This document shows, piece by piece, positions 1 to 13,283 of a stretch of 64,000 nucleotides of DNA; positions within the stretch are counted from its first letter, which is position 1, and each line of letters begins with the position of its first letter. The notes beneath the pieces are model-generated. The model did no database searches. It was given only the letters and a program-made list of their open reading frames with translations, and was not told where the DNA came from. This DNA comes from the human T2T-CHM13v2.0 reference genome, Homo sapiens, in NCBI RefSeq assembly GCF_009914755.1, contig NC_060947.1. One strand, written 5' to 3'. The translations under genes and the position numbers were made by a program.

Positions 1-76
1 TCCTTTGAGTAGAATGTTTCTCCCAATTTCTTAGTGTCAGGAGTAGGTTCACTAGAGTAATAAAAGATACTATCAG

Positions 77-487
<411 letters not shown>

Positions 488-774
488 CTAAAACCTAGTC
501 AGATGTTTCAACTTGTTCTTAGAGACAGCTTTAGAATTATAACTGATTATTTTATTTTTCTCAGAGCAACCAATCAAGTAAGTTTTAGAAGATGTAGAGC
601 TCTGTGTGTATGCCTTTTTATTAAGTAATGAAATTAGAGGTCTTTTATAGAGGTAGTAATTTTTTACTTTTAAAAAAATCTTTAACCAGATCTTCAATCT
701 AGGTAATATTTTTCTATGGTGCCAGTCTCAGGCAGCAGTAATAGAGAGGAAAAAAATGGGATTAAAAGACAGTG

Positions 775-940
775 GTGAGTTTTTACCCCAGCTCTAAGAT
801 TTACATGATAAGTGATCTTTGGCAAGTCACTTTGAGTCTCTTTTCTCTCATCTATACACTGGTGGTGATAATAATATCTACCCTGCAGGGCTATTGTGAA
901 TATGTAAAGCAAGATGTAAAGACTTAAGTGTACACACATG
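775..940 (+). mobile_element. MIR fragment
   Basis: MIR core-like gtgatctttggcaagtcacttt...ctcatctat...ataataatatctaccctgcagggctattgtga. Confidence 0.7.
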
Positions 941-3779
941 AAAGGTCTCAATTTTTATAATAATCGGTCCAGTTTTTAAAAAAGCAAGTATAAATTATGT
1001 AAAACAATCATTCAGATTATTCTGGCTAGATGATAAAGTTAGTACCTTATGACAGAGTTTCTGAGTCTCCTCAGAACTAACTTCTCACTTAGGTAAGAAT
1101 TTCACTAGAACAATTTAATTCAGACTTAACGTGGTCTTGCATTGTTTTGCATGTCTACAGAAAGTCTCTCACTATTGACTCATGTGCCCCAGTATAACGG
1201 CTTCTCCTCTTAGCCATGCTGCCTTTTTCCTCTTTCACTAAGTTTTGAGAATATAGATCTTTCTCAGCAGCACACAGATACTTGCAAGTTTCTAGAGAAA
1301 AACACACACCAATGGAAAACAAATTAGAAAATCGAAGGCAAAATGTATAAATTTCTCTTTTCTGCCATTTTGCTTAATTTATATTGGCTTCAATATTGAA
1401 TAAGTAGGGACTGGATGTGAAGTTCAGATATCATTAATCCTGCTACCTGACATGCTGGCCAATCAAGAGCAGAAATACTTCTCTTCTTCCAACAAATAGG
1501 TAATTCTGCCAGTTATTTTAATGCTACATGTGTGCATACATGTGGGCACATATATTTCCTCATTTTTTGTAATTTCAAGTTTTAAAAGCAGCCTGAAAGA
1601 TTTAGATTAAGTTCAGAAACCATAAGAAGCCTTCAAGTAAGTAGAAAGGAAAAGTTGCCTTTGGTTATCACTCATCATCTATAAAATGAACACATGCCTC
1701 AGTTTTCCAGCTGTGGGCAAGCTTACATGAGATGAGGAGAAAGAAGTTAAACTTTACAACTAGTAATCAGCGGTCTCTTCTTTTAGTAGGCTATTGCAAA
1801 CCCTCTTAAAGACCAAAGATCAAATCTTCAGTTGTTTCATTAGGCACAATATGCACTGTTTGACTTTTTGTTTTAATAATAACTAGCCTCATTTCCCCCA
1901 GACATCATTACTGTGAATGATTCTGTAGAAAATATAAAGCTTTAATGAAGTTTCCATTAAATTAAAGAGCAATAAACAAACAGAAACAATTGACAAGTCA
2001 GAGCCATGAAATGTGTCTTATCTCATACATTTCTCTTGCACTCTTGCTTCACTAGTGCAGTACTTGGGAATAAACCAATTGATCAACAGGGAGTTGTTAC
2101 CTTAATTATAAAATGAAACAACCTTGCTAATGTAGTCTGAAAGCCTTGTTCATTCTCCAGATCTGTAGTTCGAAATGGGCTTCAAATACAAATGCTTAGA
2201 CAAGTAGTTGCTGCCTGATTTTGATGTGAAGGCTTGAAAGAGCCCCTGACCAGACTACAGCCTACTGATTCAAGCACCCTGGTTTTATTCCTGAATTTTA
2301 TTTTTTTGGAATCTCTGCCTTTGCCCTTGGGGTGGAGATAAAATGCTAACAATTACTGGGTCCCAAGCAGCCTGCATTTTTGAATAGTTCATTCATGGGG
2401 AACCATTTGTTCGAGGAGGCTTTTTGTCTGATTATTGGCCTTTGCTGTTAGGGCTCAGGCAGAGATGTGATGACCCTTGCAGGAAAAATTAAAGAAGATG
2501 TAAACAGTAAATGCAGACATTTTGCAACATAGCTAAAAATAAATTGCACTACAGGCAATTATGCAAGTTTTACTGGATACATTAAAAAGACATTAAATTC
2601 ACAGCTGTTTTAAGTGTCTTTTAAGTTGATAAATTAACTGTCTAATAAATTGTAAGATTTGTCAGCTAATAATGCTATTTTATCTGGTTTAACATATGCC
2701 TTCCTAGTTCATGAAGCATTATTGTAAGTGCCAAAAGGAGATAATGTGCATTTTACAGTGTTATGTCTTAAGTGGAATGGATCATTGGCCATGAAGAAGT
2801 GTGTTAATAAATCTCCTAGGCTTTGTTAATTGCACTCAATGAAGTGTCACTGTTAAAACACAAAAGATGTGATAGAGAAATCTGAACATAATGTCTTTCA
2901 GTTTTACAATTAACAGTTCACTAGGCAAATCGACCAAAAAGACCATAATTTGTTGAAGCCTTATTAACTTACATTTTCCTAGTCAAGGTCATAATTGTGG
3001 ATGGCTTAAAGCTATCTTTTAATGCTCATTGCAAACAGTAACCTTGCTGGGGAGAAGGAACATTTTTCCTCCGAGTGGCACAAGATGCCTACCAGGTTCA
3101 AGAAAAATAAAGCCGTACTCTATCAAACAACAGATTTTTCAGAATCATTCCCCATAAAGCACCTGTGTTTGTCCTTGACTTGAGAAAAATACCATTTTGA
3201 ATTGCTTGTGGAGGAGGGTAGTTCACATACTATGAAATTAAAACGCATGACTTCAGAGGCCATTAAGTGTAAGCCCTTGGCCACTAAAAAAAGTAATAAT
3301 AATAAAATAAAGAAGTTTAATTTCTGTAGAATTGGTGTATTTTTTTTTTCATTTAAACTATGACAATAGATACCAGCATACTCAACATGAGAACTCAACA
3401 TTAAACTGTCTTTCCCAAAAGTTTTGGAAAACTTACAATGGGAGTCTTTCTTTGTTTACGTGTTAGAACAAGAAGTGTTTTCTTTTTCTTCTACTGTTGA
3501 GAATGTGCCCTTGATCCAGTGCCTGTCAGTTTGCAATTCAGCTTTTGTAAAAGCATGAGTTGCATCTTTAGTAATGCTGCAGCTTTAACAATGACTTTTA
3601 CAAATCAAGTGTGAAAGCAGAGAGGAAAAAGAAACCACATACTACCTTTAAAAGTAAATGGCACTTCATCTTGTAGGCCAAGTATTACATATTTCATGTG
3701 TTTGGTTTAGTATAAGATTGACCAAATTAGAATAGAAAAGCAAATTCAGAGCCATTCCAAAAATCTACAGCAGTATTTC

Positions 3780-4240
3780 TCTTTTATTCCTGACTAGTTG
3801 AGTAATTTCCTATGACACAATTTATTCATCTATAAACTGAAACAATAAAATCATCCACTTCATGGAATGAAGAGAAAAAAATGTATGTAAAAGTGCTTTA
3901 AAAAGCCAAAGTAATATTAGTTACTCTTAATTATAGGTCAAAATATCAATTATGTAATTCTTCATCTTCAAATAACTTTCACATTTAGTATCTCAATTAT
4001 TCCTCACAACAATTTTTTGAGGAAAACAGGACAAGTATTTCCAAATACAAAATATTTTCTGATGGCCTGCTGAGTATAAGGTACTATGCTAGATGTTACA
4101 ATGTTATAACCAAGTATGATATAGAGTTAGTTCTTCTTTCCTAGAGGTTATCATCTGGTTGTGTAATCACGTTGGTATTACAGTAAAGGAAACAGAAGCT
4201 CAGGAAAGTGAGATTACCTGCCCAAAGCTACAAAGCAAAT
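3780..4240. mobile_element. Cluster of degraded MIR (and possibly L2) fragments
   Basis: Core-like pieces attcatctataaactgaaacaataa (+) and aaggaaacagaagctcaggaaagtgagattacctgcccaaagctaca (-). Boundaries approximate. Confidence 0.5.
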
Positions 4241-5284
4241 CCAAGAGAAAAAAAAGTAAGCCTTCAGAAATATTTTATCACTGAAAAATCCTTCAAGCTA
4301 TGAAACAAAGTCTCCTGTCAGTCCAATGCTTTTTCACATGTTCATACTGCTTCAGTTAGACCACACAGAAAATCAAAATGAAATAGGTCAAATGTTAGAA
4401 ACCATTGTGGGAATTCTAAATACCATGTTGATATTTGGGCTAGGTGGAATGGAAGTGAAAGTACTTCAAGTCTTTTGTGCTATATTCAGTAAACTGTTTC
4501 AGTAGGAATGCCTCAGATAGCGTCATTTCTGGCTAGACCACCCCAAGGGAATGAGAAGTCCTAATTATCTTTACCACCAATCCTTTCTTTGATTGAACAT
4601 GAATGAGATGATTTGATCTTAAGTGGAGATTATACACTGGGCAATGCCGGGTAGTCTTCAAATGAGCTTAAAAGAAGCTTTTAAAGAGTATACATCATCA
4701 CTGGGAGAAACAGAATTGTTTGGGATTTTTTTTTTCTTAAACTCAAAACCATTTAGATCATTATTCCCTTTGAACTGCAGTTTCTACTTGAGATTGGAAA
4801 CTGCAAGGGAAGAAATACCATCGGCTGCTTCATTGATGTCTTGACAGGCATATGTAGCAAAGAAAAAAATATAACAAAAGATATCCAATTTGCATGAATT
4901 TCTAGGTTCATGACTGGTGTATATACAGTTGGAAAAGTTAGTAGTACTTAAATTTCTAGATACAGTCAAGTCAATAAATTATGTACCATAGTGATCTCAA
5001 AATAAGTGCTTTTTTATACAATGAATTAAAAAAACATAAATTAAGAAAGAAAGAGAGAAAACTAAAAAAAAAAGGAAGGAAGAATGAACAAAGGAAAGAA
5101 AAAGGAGGAAAATATAGCATCCTATTTTCAGAAATGAGAAATGCAAGTATGTGTAGTTCTTCTATGTGACCAAGGTCCACATTCTTATAAAACATGTAAA
5201 TTATGGCAGATCCTAACAAATTCACATATTGGATCCTACACTATATACTGGCTTAAGTCTTTGTGGTTTATTATTATTATTAAT

Positions 5285-5960
5285 AAAAATAATAGCAATA
5301 ATTTATTGAGCAATTGCTATGTACTGGACTCTACTATAAGCACTTTGCTTGTCTTAGCTCATTTAATCATAGAAATAACCTTAGGAGGCATGTTACATAA
5401 ATATTCCCATTTAACAAATGAAAAATGAGAACACACTGAGAAGTTAAATAACTTGCCCTGAGTCACTTACAGAGACAGGCAGTTTGGTTCTAGAGCCCAC
5501 TGTCAGGCCTCTGAGCCCAAGCTAAGCCATCATATCCCCTGTGACCTGCATGTATACATCCAGATGGCCTGAAACAACTGAAGATCCACAAAAGAAGTGA
5601 AAATAGCCTTAACTGATGACATTCCACCATTGTGATTTGTTTCTGCCCTACCCTAACTGATCAATGTACTTTGTAATCTCCCCCACCCTTAAGAAGGTTC
5701 TTTGCAATTCTCCCCACCCTTGGAAATGTACTTTGTGAGATCCACCCCCTGCCCAAAAAACATTGCTCCTAACTCCACCACCTATCCCAAAACCTATAAG
5801 AACTAATGATAATCCACCACCCTTTGCTGACTCCTTTTTCAGACTCAGCCCACCTGCACCCAGGTGAAATAAACAGACTTATTGCTCACACAAAGCCTGT
5901 TTGGTAGTCTCTTCACACAGACGTGTGAGACACCCACAATCTTAAGCACAATTCTATACT
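5285..5960 (-). mobile_element. MIR split by the LTR7 insertion
   Basis: tttattgagc...ctcatttaatc...cccattt..caaatga...gttaaataacttgccc...ctagagcccac, resuming after the LTR. Confidence 0.75.
5501..5932 (+). mobile_element. Solo HERV-H LTR (LTR7 family, LTR7B-like)
   Basis: Starts TGTCAGGCCTCTGAGCCCAAGCTAAGCCATC and ends ...GTGAGACA. Has tgtactttgt repeats and AATAAA. Perfect 5-bp TSD CCCAC (5496-5500 / 5933-5937). Confidence 0.92.
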
Positions 5961-6349
5961 CACTAGATAGTATCCTTTCTGTCATCTTCCAAGCAGAGAT
6001 CAATATTCTGCCCTCTGCTGAGGTGTTGCAATGGCTGACTCAGTTTTTTGTTACAGGAAAAAGTGAGCTAATGTCTGGAGGAGCTATCAAGGTGTGTAGT
6101 TTAAGTACTCAGGCCTCCCCAAAAGGATAGCATATTTGTTTGGTTTTTATAACTTTCAATATTTATAATGTTGTAATCCAGGAGCATGTTCTCTGTAGAC
6201 AATTTAGAAAATAGGTTTGGAAAACTGTACAAAGAATTGTAAGATATACATTCCAAATTCAGCCCCAAATAACCACTATATATGCATGTATATACATATA
6301 CACAAACACATACACACATACACACAATTGGCCACCTGAGTAAAAGACG

Positions 6350-6890
6350 TGAGGCATAGCTTAGTCATAACCAATCTGGAAAACAAACAAGCAAAAAAAC
6401 AAACAAACAAACAAACAAAAACTCAAGGGTGTTTTTCAACAGTAAGCACAAAGTGAGAAAGTAGAATGGCATAGTTTGGCTTCCAAGATGCTACATTAAT
6501 CATTAATAGAAGGAAAGGTAACAGAAAAAAGGAGCTGATAGGCCTTCTGTACCTTACACTACTCAGACTACACCTGGAAGGTAAAGGAATGTTAAATCAG
6601 AGTAAAAAGAGTTGGTGAAACTTGGAGTTTAGAGTAAAGAGAAGTCCACATGTCCCTGATTTCTGTCTTCAGAGAGCTGAGGAACTCTTACATGAAATAG
6701 CAATATCTGTATTACTACGTAGCCCAACTTAAGAGAAAAACCTTCCAATGTTCATGAACAGAACAAAGACGTAATTCATTGCCTGGGAATGTATTGAGTT
6801 CTTTGTTAATGATGGTAATCAAGTAAAAATATAGCCCCATCACTTGTTAAAAATGTTTCTAGAGAGGATTCAAACTTTGGAGGAAGGTCA
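6350..6890 (+). mobile_element. CR1/L3 LINE 3' relic (contains a (CAAA)n tract)
   Basis: Degenerate CR1-type motifs ctgtaccttacactactcagactacacctggaag, tctgtcttcagagagctgagg and ctagagaggattc. Confidence 0.55.
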
Positions 6891-7559
6891 TGTAGGGTCT
6901 CAAAACTTTATTATTCTTCTGAACCTATTTACAAGTTTTTGGGCTTCAGGCACTCAAAGGCCTGAGACCTTGGGTGTGGTTCTGGGAAACATTGTGAAGA
7001 TAATCCACTTTATTTTCCAACATTTCATTCCTTTTCTGGGATATTCCACCATTACCTTTTGCTACCCAATGAACCCTACCCTTACCGCATCAGAAGAGAG
7101 CCTCTTCTGACAGGTTCCATGCTCTGTTTCTTTCCTACATTTTTCCTCAGTCTTCTATTCTCTTTAGATGCTAGTAATTCACACAGTAATCTAAGCTAAG
7201 TGGATTATAATGAGTTAATGGTTTTACCTAACCAGATAAAATATTTGCATTCTGTCAGTTAGTTCCTTCTAGGCAGTCAAACAACGGAGTGATGCAAGGA
7301 AGTTCAGAATGAAGTCAAGAACTTCTGCAGATTTCAGTTCCTGAAAAGAGCAGTGAGAAATGAGAGAAAGTATGCAGTAGACTGAGTTTTGTGGAAAGAG
7401 ATTTTTTTCTGTATACTTCCTTTAACATATCTCTCTACCAGTGAATCATAAACAGAATGGAAGTCCACAGACAGCTTCAAAACATCTAGGGGAAGTTTGT
7501 GAAATCTTCTTCATCAACAGAGATGTATAAAAAGAGTATAATTTAATCTTTCTTGGATG

Positions 7560-8060
7560 ATAATAATACTTCTGGTATTTTAATACTCAAAGCTCTTCAA
7601 TACAGAACCTCATATTAATCTTCCAAAACTCTGTGGGGTAGGTGAGGTGGAATAATTATTCTAATTTTACAAACGAGAAACATAAGGTTCAGAGTGTTTA
7701 AATAAGTGGCTTGCCTTACCCGTGCCTAGTTAGGGATAATACCAAGAAAAAATAAACTCACATCTCCCTGTCATTCTTTAGAGATATTTTGATAATAACT
7801 TTTAAAATTACAAATGAACATATATTGAGTGCCTGCTATGCTACTAGCTTTGTACTAGGCAATTTACACGTATTGTCTCATTGAATCCTTTAGAAAACAC
7901 TATGGGGCAGGTGTTCTTATTCCAGTTGCAGATGTGGAAAGTAAGGCTCATAGAGATTAGTGACTTGAGTCAGACTAACATACTCAGTAAATAATAGAGC
8001 TAGAAGTTTAGGCTATAATTTTTTGAATGTTAAATCTATACTCTTTTCTCATCAAAGCCA
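7560..8060 (-). mobile_element. Two MIR copies (~7560-7770 and ~7810-8060)
   Basis: attttacaaacgagaaacataaggttcagag; tattgagtgcctgctatg...ctcattgaatcct...cagatgtggaaagtaaggctcatagag. Confidence 0.75.
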
Positions 8061-8219
8061 CCCTCTGTACATCATACTGGTCCTAGACTAAGAAATTATT
8101 TCTTTAAATCTTTGCATTTCCAATTTGACCATCGCTTTTAAATCATTTGTTAAATTCACACACAACATTCATTTGTTAGTTTAGATGCTCAGATATCTAG
8201 GCACCAAAACCAGACACTT

Positions 8220-8829
8220 TTAGTTTTTAAAATATCTATAATAGATAATATGTATGCATACTGTATAATTAAATATACTACTGAATATATAATGCATATG
8301 CTAAAAGTCAAAGAATATAAAAGGGAATCCAGTGAAAATCACATTTCTTTCTTCAATGAATGACCTTCAGGCTCTGAGTTTCCCAGCAACCCCACCCCTC
8401 AGGCTTACATTTCTACTTCAAAACAACCATTGGTATTAGTATCTGTCCAAAGATATTTTATAATTTTCTTCATATAGTTGCAGGTATATGTGTATACATA
8501 TAAATGTATATACATATATACACATATGTAAGTATAATTTTAAGTATAAACATGTAGTTGTGCATGATTTATATGAACACAGTAAACTATCTATGGCAAA
8601 AAGTTAAAATTCCTAGAAATGAAATATCTGGGGCGCACAGTAAGTACATTTTTTTACTTTGGTAAATATTGTCATGTTGCTCTCAAAAAGGTTGTATTAT
8701 TTTAAGTCCTACCATCAACTTATCAGAGTGTCTATTTCTCCACAGGCTTTACAACAGTATGTAATAGAGCATTCTAAAATAATGTCAAAATTATATGCTA
8801 AAAATGGCATCTTACAGTTTTCATTTGCA
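8220..8829 (-). mobile_element. Old L1M (L1ME-like) 3' fragment, left part
   Basis: ttcctagaaatgaaat...gtctatttctccaca...ggcatct...atttgca. Collinear continuation begins at 22031. Confidence 0.7.
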
Positions 8830-9362
8830 TAGTAGTCTCCCCTTTTATGCATGGTTTTGCTTTCTTAGGTTTCAGTTACTCATGGTAAACCTTGGTCGGA
8901 AAATGCTACATCACTACTCTTGTGCTTTGGGCCATTATTAAGTAAAATAAAGGTTAGTTGAACACAAACACTGTGATATATAACAGTTATGTGATAATTA
9001 AAATGGCTACTAAGTGCCTAAAGGCAATCTGGGTGGGATGGAGCAGGGTGGTGTGAGAATTTTAAGTTACCCAGAGAGGCAAGCAATTTAAAACTTGTGA
9101 ATTATTTCTGGAATTTTCCATTTATGTCACACTGCCTACATCATTCACTTCATCTTATCACATAAGCATTTTATAATCTCACATCATCACAAGAAGAAGG
9201 GTGAGTACAGTACAGTAAGATATTTTGAGAGAGAAATTTTATTATGGTATAAAGTTAAAATTTTATATTATTATCAATTATTATTGTTAATCTCTTATTG
9301 TGACTAACTTATAAAGTTTATTATAGGTACGCATGTTTGGAAAAAAAATTAGTGCATATAGG
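8830..9362 (+). mobile_element. MER44/Tigger7 DNA transposon, left part
   Basis: Start agtagtctcccc...ggttttgctttc...ggtttcagttac resembles MER44 (CAGTAGTCCCCCCTTATCC). Interrupted at atatagg by the provirus. Confidence 0.85.
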
Positions 9363-9826
9363 TGTTGATGAAAAGAGTCAAACTCTGTAAAATATTTGAA
9401 GAGATTTATTCTGTGCCAAATATGAGTGACCATGGCCCATGACGCAGCCTTAAGGAGGTCCTACCCAAGGTGGCTGGGGTACAGCTTGGTTTTATATATT
9501 TTAGGAAGGCATGAGACATCAATCAAATACATTTAAGAAATACATTCGTTTGGTTTAGAAAGGCGGGACAACTTAAAGCGGGGGGCTTCCAGGCTATAGG
9601 TAAATTTAAACATTTTCTTGTTGACAGTTGGTTGAGTTTGTCTAAAGACCTGGCATCCATAGCAAAGAATGTTCAGGTTAAAGATAAAGGATTGTGGAGA
9701 CCAAGGTCAGGATATACAGGATTAAATAAAACTCATCTGATGGGAATTTATGGTTTGTAGGGCATGACTCCCCAGATCTTTTGGAAAGGAATTTGGGCAA
9801 GATAAAAAATCAGAGCTTAGTCCTCA
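9363..9826 (-). mobile_element. MER4-family (MER4E/D-like) 3' LTR, internally deleted
   Basis: Minus strand begins TGAGGACTAAGCTCTGATTTTT and ends ...TCAACA. AATAAA at 9405-9410 (-). Purine-rich PPT (aagagtggggac) immediately upstream at 9827-9838. Confidence 0.88.
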
Positions 9827-10439
9827 GTCCCCACTCTTGGCCAAAAAGCATTCCACAGAATGCACATGCAGGACAGCAAAACAGAAACAGGTTCCATGGC
9901 TCTAGGAGGCTCTTTCCTAGAGGTGTTTGATCTGGTCATTTGGCGACGTCCCACGACACGAGGAAGGCTTGTTCCTAGAGTCCTCTGATTTGATGGTAAT
10001 AGTTTTGTGTCCGGAATTGGTGGGTTCTTGGTCTCACTGACTTCAAGAATGAAGCTGCAGACCCTCACGGTGAGTGTTACAGCTCTTAGGATGGTGCGTC
10101 TGGAGTCCGTCCCTTCTGATGTTCAGATGTGTTCGGAGTTTCTTCTTTCTGGTGGGTTCGTGGTCTCGCTGGCTCAGGAGTGAAGCTGCAGACCTTCGCG
10201 GTGAGTGTTACAGCTCTTAAGGCAGTGCATCTGGAGTTGTTCGTTCCTCCTGGTGGGCTCGTGGTCTCACTGGGCTCAGGAGTGAAGCTGCAGATCTTCC
10301 CGGTGAGTGTTACAGCTCATAATAGCAGCGTGGACCCAAAGAGTGAGCAGTAGCAAGATTTATTGCCAAGAGCGAAAGAACAAAGCTTCCACAGTGTGGA
10401 AGGGGACCCCAGCGGGTTGCCACTGCTGGCTGGGGCAGC

Positions 10440-11100
10440 CTACTTTTATTCTCTTATCTGGCCCCACCCACATCCTGCTGATTGGTGGAGCCGAGTGGCC
10501 TGTTTTGACAGGGCGCAGATTGGTGCCTTTACAATCCCTGAGCTAGATACAAAGGTTCTCCACCTCCCCATCAGATTAGTTAGATACAGAGTTTCCACAC
10601 ACAGGTTCTCCAAGGCCCCAGCAGAGCAGCTAGATACACAGTGTCGATTGGTGCATTCACAAACCTTGAGCTAAACACAGGGTGCTGATTGGTGTGTTTA
10701 CAATCCCTGAACTAGACATAAAGGTTCTCCAAGGCCCCACCAGAGCAGCTAGATACAGAGTGTCGATTGGTGCACTCACAAACCTTGAGCTAAACACAGG
10801 GTGCTGATTGGTGCATTTACAATCCCTGAGCTAGACATAAAGGTTCTCCACGTCCCCACCAGAGCAGCTAGATACAGAGTGTCAGTTGGTGCACTCAAAA
10901 ACCTTGAGCTAAACACAGGGTGCTGATTGGTGTATTTACAATCCCTGAGCTAGACATAAAGACTCTCCACGTCCCCACCAGAGCAGCTAGATACAGAGTG
11001 TCAGTTGGTGCACTCAAAAACCTTGAGCTAAACACAGGGTGCTGATTGGTGTATTTACAATCCCTGAGCTAGACATAAAGACTCTCCACGTCCCCACCAG
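10440..11100 (-). promoter_or_regulatory. LTR12 U3 promoter/enhancer with multiple CCAAT (NF-Y) boxes, GATA site and TATA-like box
   Basis: Repeated ATTGG on + (CCAAT on -). AGATAA near 10454 (-). AATAAAAG TATA-like element at 10443-10450 (-). Confidence 0.75.
10623..11098. repeat. 119-bp tandem repeat x4 within LTR12
   Basis: agagcagctagatac starts at 10623, 10742, 10861 and 10980. Confidence 0.93.
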
Positions 11101-11750
11101 ACTCAGGAGCCCAGCTGGCTTCACCTAGTGGATCCCGCACCGGGGCTGCAGGTGGAGCTGCCTGCCAGTCCTGTGCCGTGTGCTCGCATTCCTCAGCCCT
11201 TGGGTGGTCGATGGGACTGGGCGCTGTGGAGCAGGGGGTGGTGCTCATCGGGGAGGCTCGGGCCGCACAGGAGCCCATGGAGTGGGTGGGAGGCTCAGGC
11301 ATGGCGGGCTGCAGGTCCCGAACCCTGCCACGAGGGAAGGCAGCTAAGGCCCGGCGAGAAATCGAGCACAGCGCCGGTGGGCTGGCACTGCTGGGGGACC
11401 CAGTACACCCTCCGCAGCTGCTGGCCCGGGTGCTAAGTCCCTCATTGCCCAGGGCCGGCAGGGCTGGCCGGCTGCTCCGTGTGTGGGGCCCACCAAGCCC
11501 ACGCCCACCCGGAACTCCAGCTGGCCCGCAAGCGCCACACCCAGCCCCGGTTCCCGCTCACGCCTCTCCCTCCACACCTCCCTGCAAGCTGAGGGAGTGG
11601 GCTCCAGCCTTGGCCAGCCCAGAAAGGGGCTCCCACAGTGCAGTGGGGGGCTGAAGGGCTCCTCAAATGCCACAAAGTGGGAGCCCAGGCAGGGGAGGTG
11701 CCCAGAGCAAGCGAGGGCTCTGAGGACTGCCAGCACACTGTCACCTTTCA
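11100..11750. other. CpG-rich, GC-rich segment of LTR12C U3
   Basis: Many retained CpGs and high GC content in an otherwise AT-rich, CpG-poor window. Confidence 0.75.
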
Positions 11751-12272
11751 GTTTCAAATATTAACTATTTGGATAATTGTGGAAAGACATAGTCTGACCG
11801 GATATAATAGCCAATTGCTTAAGAGGTGAGATGGAGTCAGGCCTAGGACTTAGTCTAAAAAATCCTGGATCAGATATATTTTCTGAGCTATCATGATCCG
11901 GGTCTTGAATTCTGCCTTTCTTTCTGCTATATCTGGCATAACATTTACAAGAAATGTTTTATGTAAATATAGTAACAAACATTAAAAGACAGCGAAGATT
12001 TGGGTGTCCAAGGTTATAGGTAGAATTTGAGGGCAGTAAACAACCCAATCAGCAGAAACAAACAAACAAACAAAAAACCCTGCATGCATCACTATATTCT
12101 TTGATCAGACATACAATGTGTTTACCCTCCCTATTAAGGGTTATTTGAACACTGTGATAAATATTATTTGAAAATTGTGGGACCAACATTATATTAGAAT
12201 TTAATAAATTTAATCTCTGTTGTGGCCAATTTATCTCCATAGGTGTAGCATCCTGAGGAGGGTATAAATTAA

Positions 12273-12650
<378 letters not shown>

Positions 12651-13034
12651 TCCCTCAACTTTTGTATTGCACCATATACTGGTATTTGGGAGAGAAAAGG
12701 TTTTGTCAGAGGAGAAGCCACGTAATTCTACAGTGTTATTTTTCCTAGGCAGGACTCTCTATGGCTGAGGGCCTTAAGAGTTAAAAGACTGATAGCCAAT
12801 TAATTGTTCTAGGCCATCTAGGAACAGATGTAGACAGGCATTAATTACTTCCTAAAATTATCATTTTAAGTAAAAAAAAAAAAAAAAACACCAAAAGGCA
12901 AAGTTACAAGACTGACTTATTTTTATCTTTTATGTGTTGAGCTGTAAGCTTGGTTTCTGTTACATACTTATAGCAATTAGCTATATAAAACATAAACATT
13001 GTTCTGAAAAATAATTAAAAATATGTATTTATCA

Positions 13035-13282
13035 GGCCAGGCATAGTGGCTCGTGCCTGTAACCCCAGCACTTTGGGAGGCTGAGGCGGGCAGATCACCT
13101 GAGGTTGGGAGTTCGAGACCAGCCTGACCAACATGGAGAAACCCCACCTCTACTAAAAATACAAAATTATCTGGGCGTGGTGGCACATGCCTGTAATCCC
13201 AGCTAGTCAGGTGGCTGAGGCAAGAGAATCGTTTGAATCTGGGAGGCAGAGGTTACGGTGAGCTGAGACTGTGCCATTGCAC
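13035..13282 (+). mobile_element. Alu (AluSp-like), 3' end missing
   Basis: CCTGACCAACATGGAGAAACCC is AluSp-like. Stops at GCCATTGCAC, where the AT-rich array starts. Confidence 0.92.
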
Positions 13283-13283
13283 A

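Larger units (their letters stand above)
10006..11750 (-). mobile_element. Solo ERV9 LTR (LTR12C-like)
   Basis: Minus strand starts TGAAAGGTGACAGTGTGCTGGCAGTCCTCAGAGCCCTCGC and ends CCAATTCCGGACACA. Perfect TSD GTTT (10002-10005 / 11751-11754). Confidence 0.95.

Noticed and set aside
2460-2560. C-box-like GTGATGA suggesting a C/D snoRNA
   Set aside because: No suitably placed D box (CTGA) or terminal stem.
10623-11098. Regular repeats that superficially resemble a CRISPR array
   Set aside because: Head-to-tail units without unique spacers, inside a primate LTR, and no cas genes.
11069-11829. Overlapping 77-158 aa ORFs on both strands
   Set aside because: Stop-poor GC-rich LTR12C U3 sequence, not genes.
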